A stretch of 64,000 nucleotides of DNA from Phoronis australis (taxonomy: Eukaryota; Animalia; Phoronida). This document shows, piece by piece, positions 1 through 12,500 of the stretch; position 1 is the first letter of the stretch, and each line of letters starts with the position of its first letter. Location of the stretch: assembly GCA_002633005.1 (NCBI GenBank), contig NMRA01000417.1, positions 76,158 to 140,157 of the forward strand, written 5' to 3'. The notes under the pieces were generated by a model, which was given only the letters and a program-made list of their open reading frames with translations, was not told the DNA's origin and made no database searches. Both the position numbers and the translations under genes were made by a program.

Positions 1-1122
1 AAGCACACGATCACACTAGCTTCTTTAGCGAGATTCTTGCATCTGTGATGATTATCAAAGATAGAGAATTTGTAAGGGTAGTGAAGCGTGGTTACGTGGT
101 TGTATATTAGTTTTTGATATGTGTTATAGTACAGGCACTTACACAACACTAAGGCAGGGATGCAGTGCCCCTGTAGCAAATGCGTGTGCGGCACTGCGCC
201 AGCGCGCCGTTCTGAGTGCTGGGCCTTACACCGCTTAACACATTACACGAATGAGCACTACCAAGAAGACACTGAAAAACGAAAGACGTTTGAACTGCAA
301 ACAGATTTTTAATGAAAAATTTTCGTTTCAACCCAAAAATTGCGTTGTCAGAAGCACGTCTGAATGTTAGTCAGTGGTGGCTCATTCCTTGCTAACTGTC
401 CCATTCAAAATTATTAAGCAAGCCCAGAACGGCTGCACCAAGATTTCAATCATTCGCCGGGATGCAGGTAAGTGGCAGCAAAACTTATTGTCCGGCGATA
501 GTTGGGCATTTGCAAAGGCCAGGACGTTTTAAAATAAAAACGTTTCGTAAACACGCAAGTTGATGTCAGGCGTGCATGTTCAATGTCACAGTCGGGAGTC
601 GAACAGCACGGCCTATTTAAACCAGAGCACATGTTACGCTACAACGAAAAGTTGCAGCCTTCGGTGTATTTCCTATTTGTATTTTCATCAGAAATTTTCG
701 TTAGGCGGAACTCGGTGATTCTTTTCATAGCTAAAGCGCCAAACACAAGCTAAACGCAAGACAATCGAGTAACGGTCGTGACATCGTCAAGACAAGGTAA
801 AAATTACAAACCCGTTATACCGATTCTCGGACTCGAGCCTTATACAGTAGTAATCATCCGTTGAACGCTTTAGTGACACGGGAGTTGCGTCGATCCCAAA
901 TTACCGTATCTAAAATTTTCCTTGTCCGAAAGTCGCGGAACAAAATTCTGATGTTTATGATAATGTCCGAAATTCGAGGATCTTTGAAAAACAGTTTTTG
1001 GACCTTGTACGAATTTCGTGGACTATGAAAAACTCATTTCGTAAATATTTATTCTTGGTCGAAAATGGCGGGCCGTCCGAAAATCACGCGACTTTACCGT
1101 AGTGCAACTGTGGCATACAAAA

Positions 1123-1190
1123 GCAGCATCAGTAGCAGCAACAGCAGCAGCAGCAGAAGCAGAATAAAAAGCAGAAGCAGAAGCATCAGC
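1123..1190. repeat. (AGC)n/(AGCAGA)n microsatellite
   Basis: agcagcatcagtagcagcaacagcagcagcagcagaagcagaa... read directly. Confidence 0.85.
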
Positions 1191-2564
1191 ATTTCAATAA
1201 AAGACTACATCAAACATCACATGACAATAGAGGATCTTTTGGACATTTAAAGGGAAGTGGTGTTGCTTTAAGAATATTGATGAGATGACAGAAATAATTT
1301 TGGCTTTTTTGGTGGAGTAACCTTACTTTTACACTGAAGAGTGAATTTAAATCGCGTTTATGTCCACCAGGTGTATATTTGCACATGTGTTTATTTACAT
1401 TTACAGGACACTTTCTGAAGTTGGTGTAAATGTATATCCAAGTGTAGCTTTACACCCCGTTGTCGTTGCGTTTGTATGACAAAAATGCACGCAGCTGGTA
1501 AATATGCCCTCACCTGTAAAATATGCACTCCGGTGTCAGTACCGTTATGTAAGTGGGGCTTTATTTGTTTGTTGGGCTACAGTAGGTAAAGGATATTGGT
1601 ATTCAAGATCCACTCATTCAAGAGATTCAACATAACATTGCACAGTTGTAAAGCTGTTGAAATGGTTTGAAGCCACTTAGTGTTCCAATGGGGCTTTGAA
1701 CTGAAACAATTGTGAGAACATAGAGGGAAACAGGCCATTTGGGCCATTTTCACTTTACAAACTTAACTGTTGTCAGGTAGAATAGAAAATAGCTGCATGC
1801 TACGGCATTGAAGAAAGCATGTGAACACCATCGGAGTGCATACTAAGAACCAAAATTATAACAATCATGTAATATGTAGTATATAGTGAAGTGACTCAAC
1901 ATATTATTTAACAAGCAATTGGATGTTGATTCTTTTGGGAAATCAAATATTGATCAACAAAATGGTTCAGTTTACTTGCTACTACCCAAAGTCTGTGGTT
2001 TTGAAACTGCACTAAGTCAGTGGTTCGACCATAGTGGTTGACTGTATGTGTTCACTTGGATCTATAGTGGCTATGATTCGAACTATAGTTCCAGCTGAAA
2101 ATGGCCTTTACTAACTGGCACTGAATAGTGTGTACATTTGTGCCCTAGGCTTTTGTGTGCAAATAGTACTGGCTTGTGTGAGTGTGCATGTGTGCGTGCA
2201 AGTTTGTATGTGTACCAAAGTGGGTGCTTTAGACTGAAATAACCCATCTTCTTTTGCTGAAAGTGGAAGAACTCACATTCACAACACTGAAAGCCAGGTT
2301 GAGTTCCATAGACCAAAGACAAGGCACGACTAAACTGTCCTCAACATAACATGAATGATCAGTTGGTCCAATGAGAGTACTGTTACCCTTTAATCAGAAT
2401 TCTTGTCTTTCTCTGACGATCATATCCTATTTTGCAGTGGATTCTTCTTGTTTCTTCTCGAACAGTTGTGATGTTCCTGCTCTGACCCTCACTTGTCTAT
2501 ATTCATTAAAACCTATATGTGGTTTTGTTTTCAATTACTTTTCTCCTGAAGAAGTCTTGTTTTA

Positions 2565-3041
2565 GGCGCTTTCTCATTGAAGGCGCTTTTACTGACGTTT
2601 TGGCATGCGAAACTTTGGTTAAAATAGTAGGATTTAAAGGCAAAGCTTCAGTATACTCACCAAAACTTTGGTGTAATGGGAACGATCAAAGCGAAGCTTC
2701 ATCGAAGTTATTGGTATAGGTCGCGGCAACGATATACGATCACTTGAGACTCGCAAAACATGTTCTTTGTTATTGTAGCATAGCCAACGTGCTCTCAATA
2801 GACACATGTAAATAAATTAAAGAAAGCACATCTGATGAATGACACTGATCATTTTCATCGTAAATGGCAGGAGAACCATTTTCAGTTAGCTTCAAACCCA
2901 CTACTCAATGTTCGTTTGAGAACAGGAATGAATTAAGCTGTCTGGGCTACTCTGATGACTGATTCGTCATCTAGCAGTAATGGGTAAGCGAAGTTTAGCA
3001 AAGCTTCGGTAAACCGAAGTTGCCCTAATGGGAAAACGGCA
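2565..3041. mobile_element. Possible PIF/Harbinger-like MITE
   Basis: Imperfect inverted ends ggcgctttctcatt / aatgggaaaacggca with TTA/TAA-like flanks; internal cgaagctt/cgaagtt subrepeats. Confidence 0.35.
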
Positions 3042-3391
3042 TTAAACTAAACCTAATCTTGCTTGTCATTCAGCTTGAACTGATTAGTTTAATTAATTTG
3101 TTTTACAGTTGTGCATGTGCAGGTTCTGTGATGATGGCCATTTCAGTCCTTTCAGCTGACCATCGTGGGTCTTTCAAATAATATTTTTATTTTCATACAT
3201 GTACAGGTCACTAAGTGTAGACATGTACCTTGTAACAAATATAACGAGGCTAGAGAACTGTTTGACGGATGCTGCACCATTGTGAGTAAATTTTGCAATA
3301 TTCACATGTCTCCATGTAATCTGGCACCGTCTTATTGTTGTTGTCTTGAACTTCGACTCTCATTTATGATTTATAATTATTATTATTTCAG

Positions 3392-3561
3392 TATGGGGCT
3401 TTGGTTTTCTGTTTGTGACCATCGTCAACCTGTGCTCCCTGGGTGGCATCATAGTGCTCCCATTCATGAGTAAGACGTTTTACCGCTGGCTACTCATGTT
3501 CCTTGTAGCGCTGGCCGTGGGTACGCTGGCTGGTAGTTCTGCATTCTTTCTCATACCGGAC
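3392..3561 (+). CDS. SLC39A14: ZIP8/14-like exon (TM1-TM2)
   Basis: tttcag|TATGG...GAC|gtaagt; (V)[56 protein letters not shown]. Confidence 0.92.
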
Positions 3562-6500
3562 GTAAGTAGTGATTCATTTGGACACAAGGTGGCATAACAC
3601 CACAGGTTTCAGCGGAACACCCCTGAAACACTGATTAAATCATTATTGTTTGGGTTACTCAATGATGCAAATTGCATTTCAAGCTTTTCTCTTAGTAACC
3701 TATAAAATGATTTCCTTCCCTAAACTGATCATTCAAGACACCGGCAAAAAATAAGTGTTAAAAAGCTATTCCTTCCATAAGTAGCCTACTTCTGATCATT
3801 TTCCTGGAAACTCTCTTTTTGCAAAAACAGTTGTAAGAAACGTCTGGTGCACAGTTTTTCATAACCCTTCATGTTAAAATGTGATGGTTGCAAAATTGTT
3901 TTTCCCTATTTAAGGCAACTTATGATTATGAAAAATGTTGTCTAGAATTCAATTGTTGTGTGGTAAGGACTTGTGTTTGACCCAAAAAAACTAGTTGATC
4001 GACTGTAAGCATTATATACTAAATATTATATTCATGCAGTACTCACCATTGTAATAGGCCCATCCTGAAATACGAGTGCAACTCGTTCTAGTGTATTTAC
4101 CCACAATGCAACACATGCCGAACACTTGTCCTGCTTCTTCACAATATATGAGTCATTGTCTCATATCTTAATTATTATGTAATTCATCATTTTAGTGCAG
4201 GCAATCTTGCATCATTCCATTTTAGTTGTAATGATGGCACCAAGAAATTGGCAAATATTGGTGCTGAATGTGCTATGTATCCTTCCTCCTTTTTAATAAC
4301 TGAGGAGTGCTCAGTCATGCAATGAATTTTTCGAAAACGAGGAGAGCTGAATTGGGGTCAGGACGATTATTGCATTACCTATTGTGCTGTCACACTTCAG
4401 CCTAAGGTTCTGTTGTCTCTCCATATAGTCATTCGGCACGCCTGAACATGACCCGGATCAGCTTTATATCTGGAAGGGCCTGGTCATCTGTGCAGGCATC
4501 TACCTGTTTTTCCTCATTGAGAGGGTGCTCAAGATGTACATGGATTACAGGATGGTAAGTAGTCATTCCTGGGAGCGATACAGTGCTGTTTGTTTACATG
4601 GGCTGGTTTTGGAAATTAAAGTACGTTAAGGTCAGTTTGCCACCACTGTCTGCACAATTTGACACGTTGCTGGTTGATGCTAAAAATCTGGCAAGGACTA
4701 AATGATGAATACCAAATAATTTAATTTTTTTCACATTGTTCGAGGCACCTGAGGATCCTTAGTTCGGTTGTAGCTTGGACTGTTGTAAGCACGTTGTTGT
4801 GAATGCACTGCTGTAATTTTTCTTATAGCAACTGACGTATGTGTGCATGATGTGAGTACTGCATTTACACACTATACCCCTGTCGTTCACCAGCACCTCT
4901 ACACAGCCATTATCATATTGCTGGTGTTCACCAGCACCTCTAGACAGCCATTATCATATTGCTAGTGTTCACATGACATGAATACTGCGTTTGTAAACTA
5001 TACTCGTTATTTACCAGCACCTCTATGACGGCCTTTACCGTATCCATCTTGTTCACATGTCTTGATTACTGCGTTTACACATACCCATTGTTCACCAGCA
5101 CCTCTTAGCCATTACCATATCCTGCGTGTTCACATGATATGAACTGTGCATTTACACACTATACCCTATTCTTCACTGGCACTTCTTAAGTGCCATTAGC
5201 CTATTCCTCATGTTCACGTGGTATGAATGTTACATTTACGCGTTACCCAATTAATTATTGATCTCCCATACCTCTTATCCTTGGTGTGATCAAATGTTTA
5301 TTTAGTGGAAATGATTTCATCTTTATTGTACTGAAAGAATTGAAGTTGTGAAAATGGTGAAAAACCTAGGCTTGGTACAAAGCTGTATACTAAATACACA
5401 ACTTTGCACCGATGTGGGTAAAAAATGGTAAGATAAAATTTGACGCAAAATTAGTGTCACTAAAAACTAGTCTTCCTTGAGTAAACTAAATTATTTAACG
5501 GTGAGTTGGAAAAATGGCATTCTTCCGTTATTCTGCTGCTAAAGTTGTGGAGTGATTTTTAGCGGCGACTTTCGGCGCCATGAAGTGTTGCGTCACCTGT
5601 TGGCCAGTTTCTTTTTTCGCCGATTCTTCAATGAACTGTTGTTCTTTCACGAGGTTGCCTACACATCACAACAAATTATCGGAACTGGTTTCACTTCATT
5701 GTAAGTTTTTAGAATTTTGATATCGAAAAACCGAATTTCAGAAGAACTTTTGCTGCTGCCAAGCTATCACCATCTCCCGAGAGATGTTGCAAAATGTTAA
5801 AAAATGGCAAATGCGTGTGGCACAAGTGTACTGTTTTCAAAACGACGACATACTTTTCATTGTTAGAAAAAGCAGAGAGTTAAGCAAGAAAAGGACGTTT
5901 ATCGCATTGTTTTCCACTTGAACGTCTGTAACGGGCAAGGTGAATGTCGGTTGATTCCTAGATTTTGCATGCACCCCGTCCGGTCTTTAGCTCTACATGT
6001 TGATACAAATTTCACAGCGAAGTACTAGCAGAACTACCCTGGCTGTTTGCAATTTCAGGGTCTACGTAAGAAATACATGTAGTGATACCTAGCTGTATTT
6101 TGACGACATTCTTCATACAGCTAGATGGCTGGCTAATTAAAACCAAATTCGTAGTACTCGTCGACGATTAAGTTGTTGCCTGATTATTCAATGTTAACAA
6201 GACACCTCCATGTCATTGGTGATGAGTAAAACTTCCCCTCTTGTGGTTCACGATCAAGTTGAACATTCACCTTCATGAACCATGATGAATTGTTTGCAAA
6301 TAAAAATTTAAGGTAATTCTGTCTTAGCTAAGAACAGGTGCACGGCCTGTGTCAAGACTGGGTACTAGCCAGGGCTTTATCCAGGATTTCGAAAATAGTG
6401 TGTCCAAAATGGGGTTCCCAATATTCCAGGGCATCCATGATTCAAACGACGTGTAACCCCACCCTACCACCGTTCACCTGTAACCCCCCACGTACGGAGT

Positions 6501-9500
6501 GAGTTTTTTGCAAAAAAAATGCATAGACCATGACTTTTACATCTAAATTTACAAAAACAACCTTCCGTAGTGACCTTTTTACTCAAAAAAACTATGGGCC
6601 AAGACTTTTACATCCAAATTTACGAAAATGGCCAAGTAGCTTACCAAACAAATATTAGAGACATTGGTTGAACGATGAGTGCACTATTTTTGGTGATCTT
6701 GCATCAAATTGATGTTATTAAGTTTATCATATCATCTTAAATAGCTTTAATATTCTGTAAAGTGATTCAACAAAGCTGTAGTTACAAAACAAGAAAAATA
6801 CACACATGATATCTGGTTTATATTTTGGCAACAGGTGTCACTGCTGTTCCATTTCAAAACCTTAAAACGCACATTGAAAAGCATGAAGTGGGAGCAAACT
6901 CAAAAATTTTAAATGAGAATATTCTTGTGGCAAAATGTAGTATTGTAATAACGACATTTATTTCGCTTTTGATGTTTTTTAAAAAAGAGAGAGTTCACTT
7001 CTCTCTTCAGCTATGTGCCTCTTTCATTAACTGGGCTTCCTAGTAATCATTACAATGTGTTTGTCCAAACTTGAAAGGTTCTGATTGACAGTGGGCATCC
7101 AAATGAAACATTGGACGTCCTTGCCGGGTTGTCCAGATTAGTACTAGGGCATCCAAATGGAAACTCTGGACGTTCACTGCATAATGGTCTGGTCCTGGCA
7201 TGTTATTGCTGTTAGAACTGAATTATGACTTCGCCACCTGGTGTTTACACTTGGCGGTCACATTGAGAACTTTTCATCTCATTGAATTCTGGGTAATTTT
7301 GCCTGAGTGCTTTTTAGCATCTGCTGTACTGGCTTATATCTTTACAGGCCAAGGATGACAGGGCGGTTGATCCGACCATCCAGGTGGACTTGAGCCACCT
7401 GCCTACGGCATCAGTGAAGTCTCACCGTGACGTGGATATTGATGACAGCTTGAAGATTCCTCCAGACACCAGGAATCATCACCATCACTCATATGGTGGA
7501 CCTCAGCACACTGCTTCGTCAGCCCAACTAGTGGATGTAAGTAATTTGAGTGGTGCTTAGTCATATGAATGATCAAGAATGGTCAAGAAACAGTTTCATC
7601 ATCACTGGACCCGTAAACATTGACCAAACATTAAATCCTTTGGCTAGACTCTGCAACATAGACATGTCACACTATGACAGCAGATTGGCCATGGTGTTCA
7701 TGAGTGAGGTTACTGATTCATTTCTCCATCTTGTATTTGTTTTAGCCCGATTGACGAATTAGGAACTGTGTAGTGCTTGATAGCATACCCATTCGTGGAC
7801 TGGTAGGGTCTAATGCTGCTTGGCTTCACTTTTGGCCAAGGCACTGCTTTTGCTTTAAACTGGCATTTTGTCAAAAAAAATTTGATTTGACCTTTTAATA
7901 TTGTAAAACTTTTCTCGACATGTTCCTTACTCTGGTTAAAAGTGATTTCAGGTCTTGGGAAGTACTGACAGTTCATTAATGCTTGGGACCTGACTCAATA
8001 AGTCAGCGGGTCATTAATGCTGGGGACCTGATTCAACAGGTCAACGGGTCATTAATGCTTGGGACCTGACTCAATAAGTCAGCGGGTCATTAATGCTGGG
8101 GACCTGACTCAACAGGTCAGCGAGTAATTAATGCTGGGGACCTGACTCAACAGGTCAGCGAGTAATTAATGCTTGGAACCTGACTCAACAGGTCAGCGGG
8201 TCATTTTGTGCTTGAAACTTGGTCTCAAGTAGTAACAAAAGTCAGTTTTTGAAGTACACCATTCATTCACTTTCACCAATAAGTTGAGATCTGGTTTTAT
8301 TGTAAATGGTTCACATTAAAAGTTATAATTTGTTTGACAGAAAGCAGGTTAGTAATATATTTTTGAAATATATTATATTTTATTAATGTCAAAACTGTTC
8401 CCAATTTGGACCAGTTTCAAGTGCAAGTACTGCCATGTGACATCATAGGCATTGCTCACATGTGGCTGCCTACATTGCATTGTGTAAGTCTGCCATCTTA
8501 CACATGTTGCACCTTTGCCAATAGTTGATCCGCAGGAAGTAAAATAAAATTGTTTGCTAAACCTCTTCAACAGATGTCCAGTGAAGACTACAGCAGACTG
8601 CCACAGGTATTCTGGGTCCCAAGTTTGGCTCCTGTCCAGTTTTAAAGTAACAAGTCAACATTCACCACAGCTGGAGCTGCACTCCACTACATTGACCTGT
8701 ATAAGTGGCTGGAATTATTAAATGGCCCTGCTGCAAATTGTTGAGAATGTTGAGTTGGCTACTTTAAGGTTGGATGCTCAGTTTTCTTGATGAGTTCTGG
8801 GGCCTCTTTCTCAGAGAGTCTATTGGCAAAAGTTGATTTTTTGTCTTTTGGCTTTAACTTATCAAGCAGACTATGGATTTCTGTCTTTTGGCTTCATGTT
8901 GTAGACAGTAGACTGATTTTTAGCCAGAAGTGAAAAGACAAGAGACTCCTTGAGAAACATCCCCCTTATCTTAGAGGCATGTTATTGGTTTGACTGACTG
9001 TGTTGTATTGGTCAGATTAGCTATGTGTTGTATTGTTATCATTTGATTGCTTGGTGCATTGCATGTCATGCTTATGACTGTCCATAGGAGGTTACGGATC
9101 CACTGGTCAGAGGTCAGATGACCTCTCAGGTCACAGATCAACTGATAGTGAGTACTGACTGGTGTGCTTCTTCAACAATGCTTTCACCTCATGCTTTGAC
9201 AATGTTATTTTCAGTTTCACTGATTACACCCTGTTGGTGTATAGCGTCTGAAGGTCACTGTAGTGCTAGCCACCGAGGAGTGATGTTGGTCAATAATGTG
9301 AAATGCTACTAATGTTCATGTAACGCTTACTGGTCAACTGACATACTTCTAATTTTAATGTGATGTATTACTAAGTTCACGTGACATGTGGCATATTACT
9401 AATGGTCATTGGGCTGTACTAGTAACCACACGCTAATTACAGGTCTCAAACAATGGTGCCATAATTGAATGTTGTGTCAACGTACTACTTTTCGCTAGCA

Positions 9501-12500
9501 GAAACTTTTACAAAATCAAGTCTACGCAGTGACTATAACATTTGGAGATGTATCTGGGTAGTGGGGCATTAAGTAACCCTGTTGAGTGTCGTTGGCACAG
9601 GATAGAGTGTGGCGCAGTGGTTAGAGCTTGGGAGACCTGGGTTCAAATCCTGGCTTCACTGGATTACATTTGAGCATTGCACAAAGGTGTCTCCTATTCC
9701 TCTGAGCTCAGTCTTAATGTGAATGTGTGCAAGGGAGTGAATGAGAACCTGGATATAATGCAAAAGCGATTTCTGGGGCTGTGCTCATATTTTTAATAAG
9801 AGTAGAAGTTAAAGTGTCATTGGCAGAGATAAGATTAAATTTTTTGTTGTTCTGGCTTTGACCACTTAGCGTGTTCTGTGAAATAGTATGGCCTTACATG
9901 GCCGTTCCACATTTGTGTTGTTGAACTTGTGCTGTGAAACTGATATAAACATTTATACCGTATATTGTATTTGTTTCTCGAGATATATGAACCATCAAAA
10001 GATTTTTTTTCTTTACATTGTGATAATGACTGGTATCATGTGTTTTATATGTTTCCATCTTGGGCACTTGGTGTGAAGCTTGGTGACAGCACTAAATTCC
10101 CTCTCTTGGTCACATTTTACCCAGGTTTCAGGTCTCTGCTGTAGTTCGTTTCTCCCTCTGATGCTGATGCATCTCATATTCACTTTGCCAGCTGTTAGAT
10201 GACTGACTTATTGAAGCCTCACCTTTAATCTTCTTGATTCATCTCTGTTTGTAGTACCCATACTTAATGTTATGTAGGACCTTATTGAGATGTCTGTGCA
10301 TTTAGCCAATTATCTACATCACTATAAATATTAACTCGGTAAAAGTATATACTTTACGAAAGTAAAAAGCCTGTAGATCTTGATGGTTTACTAAAAAGTC
10401 CTATTTTTTGATAGCACATCATGAAAAAGCAGACCACTTTTAAGAAAAATTCCTGACAGTTTCACATGATTGTTGTCAGCTTTGTAATGTTCAGAAGTTA
10501 GAACAAACTTGGGGGTTTTCTGGGGTCCTATATAATCTTAACTCTCAACAATTGCTTTGCTTGGAGTGGATGGTTTGTTTAGCTAAATGGAAAGTTGAAG
10601 TTAAATTTTGTGTCTTAAATAGACTGAAGATACATAAGCAGAGTTATGATTAGCTTTGCTGTTAACAAGGACAAACAATAGCATCCTTGAGTGGGTGTTT
10701 GGGAAAACATGGGTCAGCATCAGTGTTATTTTTTTGAATAAATCCAATGATAGTTGTCTTTAAGATTCAGCACTTTTCTGTATCAGAGTTTTCAGGTGTA
10801 TGGATCTACCACGCTGCTCACCCCACTCACTTTGTGTTTCTACATTTTGCTTGCTTCATTCACGGGGGACTACTCCAAGGGTCGTTCAACAAGTTCTCGG
10901 CCTAACCCAGAAAACAATGCAGTAGCAACTAATTTTTACTTTTATTTTTCAATATAATATCCTGTTACAACAATGCATTTTTTCCATCTGTGCTCCAGTT
11001 TTGCAATGCCTTTGTAAAAGAAGCTTTTGTTGAGCCCCTCAAAATACTCCTCCATTGCACTCATGGCATCCACGCAGGTAGGCCTTCAAATGTGGAAACA
11101 AATAAAAATAAGATGGGGATAGGTCTGGAGAATAAGCAGGGTGCAGAAAGATTTCAAAGCCACATCTAGATGCTTCAGCTACTGGAACTTGGGCAGTATG
11201 GGCAGGTGCGTTGTCTTGAAGCAACAGCACTCCATCCCGAAACTTCCCGTGTCTCTTTTCCTTGATTGCTTTTTTGAGTATTTCCAAAAAGGATGCAGAG
11301 TAATTCCCAGTAACAGTGTGTCCTCATTGCAAGTAGTCGATCATCAGAAGACCTTCATTGTCCCCGAACACAGAGGCCAAAACTTTGCTTGCAGAGGCAC
11401 CCGACTTGAACTTTCTCGGGCTTGGGGCACCCACATGCTTCCATTGTTTACTTTGTTGTTTTGATTCCGGGTCAAAGTGGTGGATCCATGTCTCATCCTG
11501 GGTTACAAGTCTTCTGGAAAATTTGGCTGGATCTTCTTGGAATCTTCCTAGAAGTTCCTTTGAAAATTCTGCTCATTTCCTGATCCTGAGTTAACATTCT
11601 TGGCCCCCATCGTGCACTCAGCTTACTCGTGCCCAAGTCTTCACTCAAGATTTTGGAGATGGACCCATTGCTGATGCGAACAGTGTTTGCCAAATGTTGA
11701 ACAGTCATTCACCTGTCTTTCATAAACATTGCATGAATTTTCTGCACATTTTCACAGGAGGTCGACGATTTGGGACTTCCTGGACGAGGGTCATCTTCAA
11801 CGCTTTCTCTACCCCTCTTGAAACAAGCTGACCACTTTTTTACTGTGGAGTAGCTCGGGTAGTCTGTTTCTAGTGTTTTTTGCATCTCTTCATGAATATC
11901 TTTTGGTTTCATTCCTTTTTTTACCCATTATGTATGACGGCTCTCGTCTCTGTTATCTCCATGCCGCTAAGTGTGTTGTCGTCTGCTTTTTTGAAACAGC
12001 GCCACTTAGCGGCAATTGACCATACTAATTCAGCATTACTGTAATAAAAGATGAAAGTTTACTATGGTGTGAAAAAATTTAATCTGCGTCCCTTTTTTCT
12101 TGGTGAGGCTGAGAACTTATTGAATGACCCTTGTATGTACTGGGCAGCTCTGCAAATATAATAACTGTTGTCAACAATGATGTTCAAAGATTCCCACTGA
12201 ACTAGAAAATATGCAACCTTTGAAATAAAATGTGGGGACCCACATCAAAAAAAATCATTCCAAAGTATGTCTTCTTTCACAGAGCAGCAACTGAACATTT
12301 ATTCATGAATATTGTCACTGAAAGAACTGGAAAGCATTGCGAAGAGCTATTTTGTACCCACATTTGTTTTGAACCGCATACCCATCACAAGGCATTGCAA
12401 CGTGGTTGCAAAATAGTTTGGAAAAAATTGACTTCTGCAGTAGGTATGGTTCAATGCTGGAAAGCCTGTCAGAGGGTAGCTAGGTAGACTGTGTGATAAT

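Noticed and set aside
150-1104. CACTA-type terminus (...ccgTAGTG at about 1104) of a CpG-rich TE-like block
   Set aside because: No matching opposite terminus or TSD was found in the window, so it was left uncalled.
1065-1250. Ser/Arg-rich ORF
   Set aside because: Translation of an AGC/AGCAGA microsatellite.
1-3391. Upstream ZIP exons
   Set aside because: Acceptor-like sites (about 2437 and 3108) have no in-phase open exon with ZIP-like sequence. The ectodomain exons are probably upstream of the window.
7973-8200. CRISPR-like array of 38-bp repeats
   Set aside because: Units are contiguous with no unique spacers, in a eukaryotic intron with no cas genes.
9604-9665. tRNA genes at 9604, 22660, 53850 and 58560
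   Set aside because: Only the A/B boxes are retained. There is no consistent cloverleaf, and two copies share a downstream SINE body.
1525-11063. Metal-response elements TGCRCNC in ZIP introns
   Set aside because: Scattered single 7-mers, some inside transposons, with no clustering. The promoter is outside the window.
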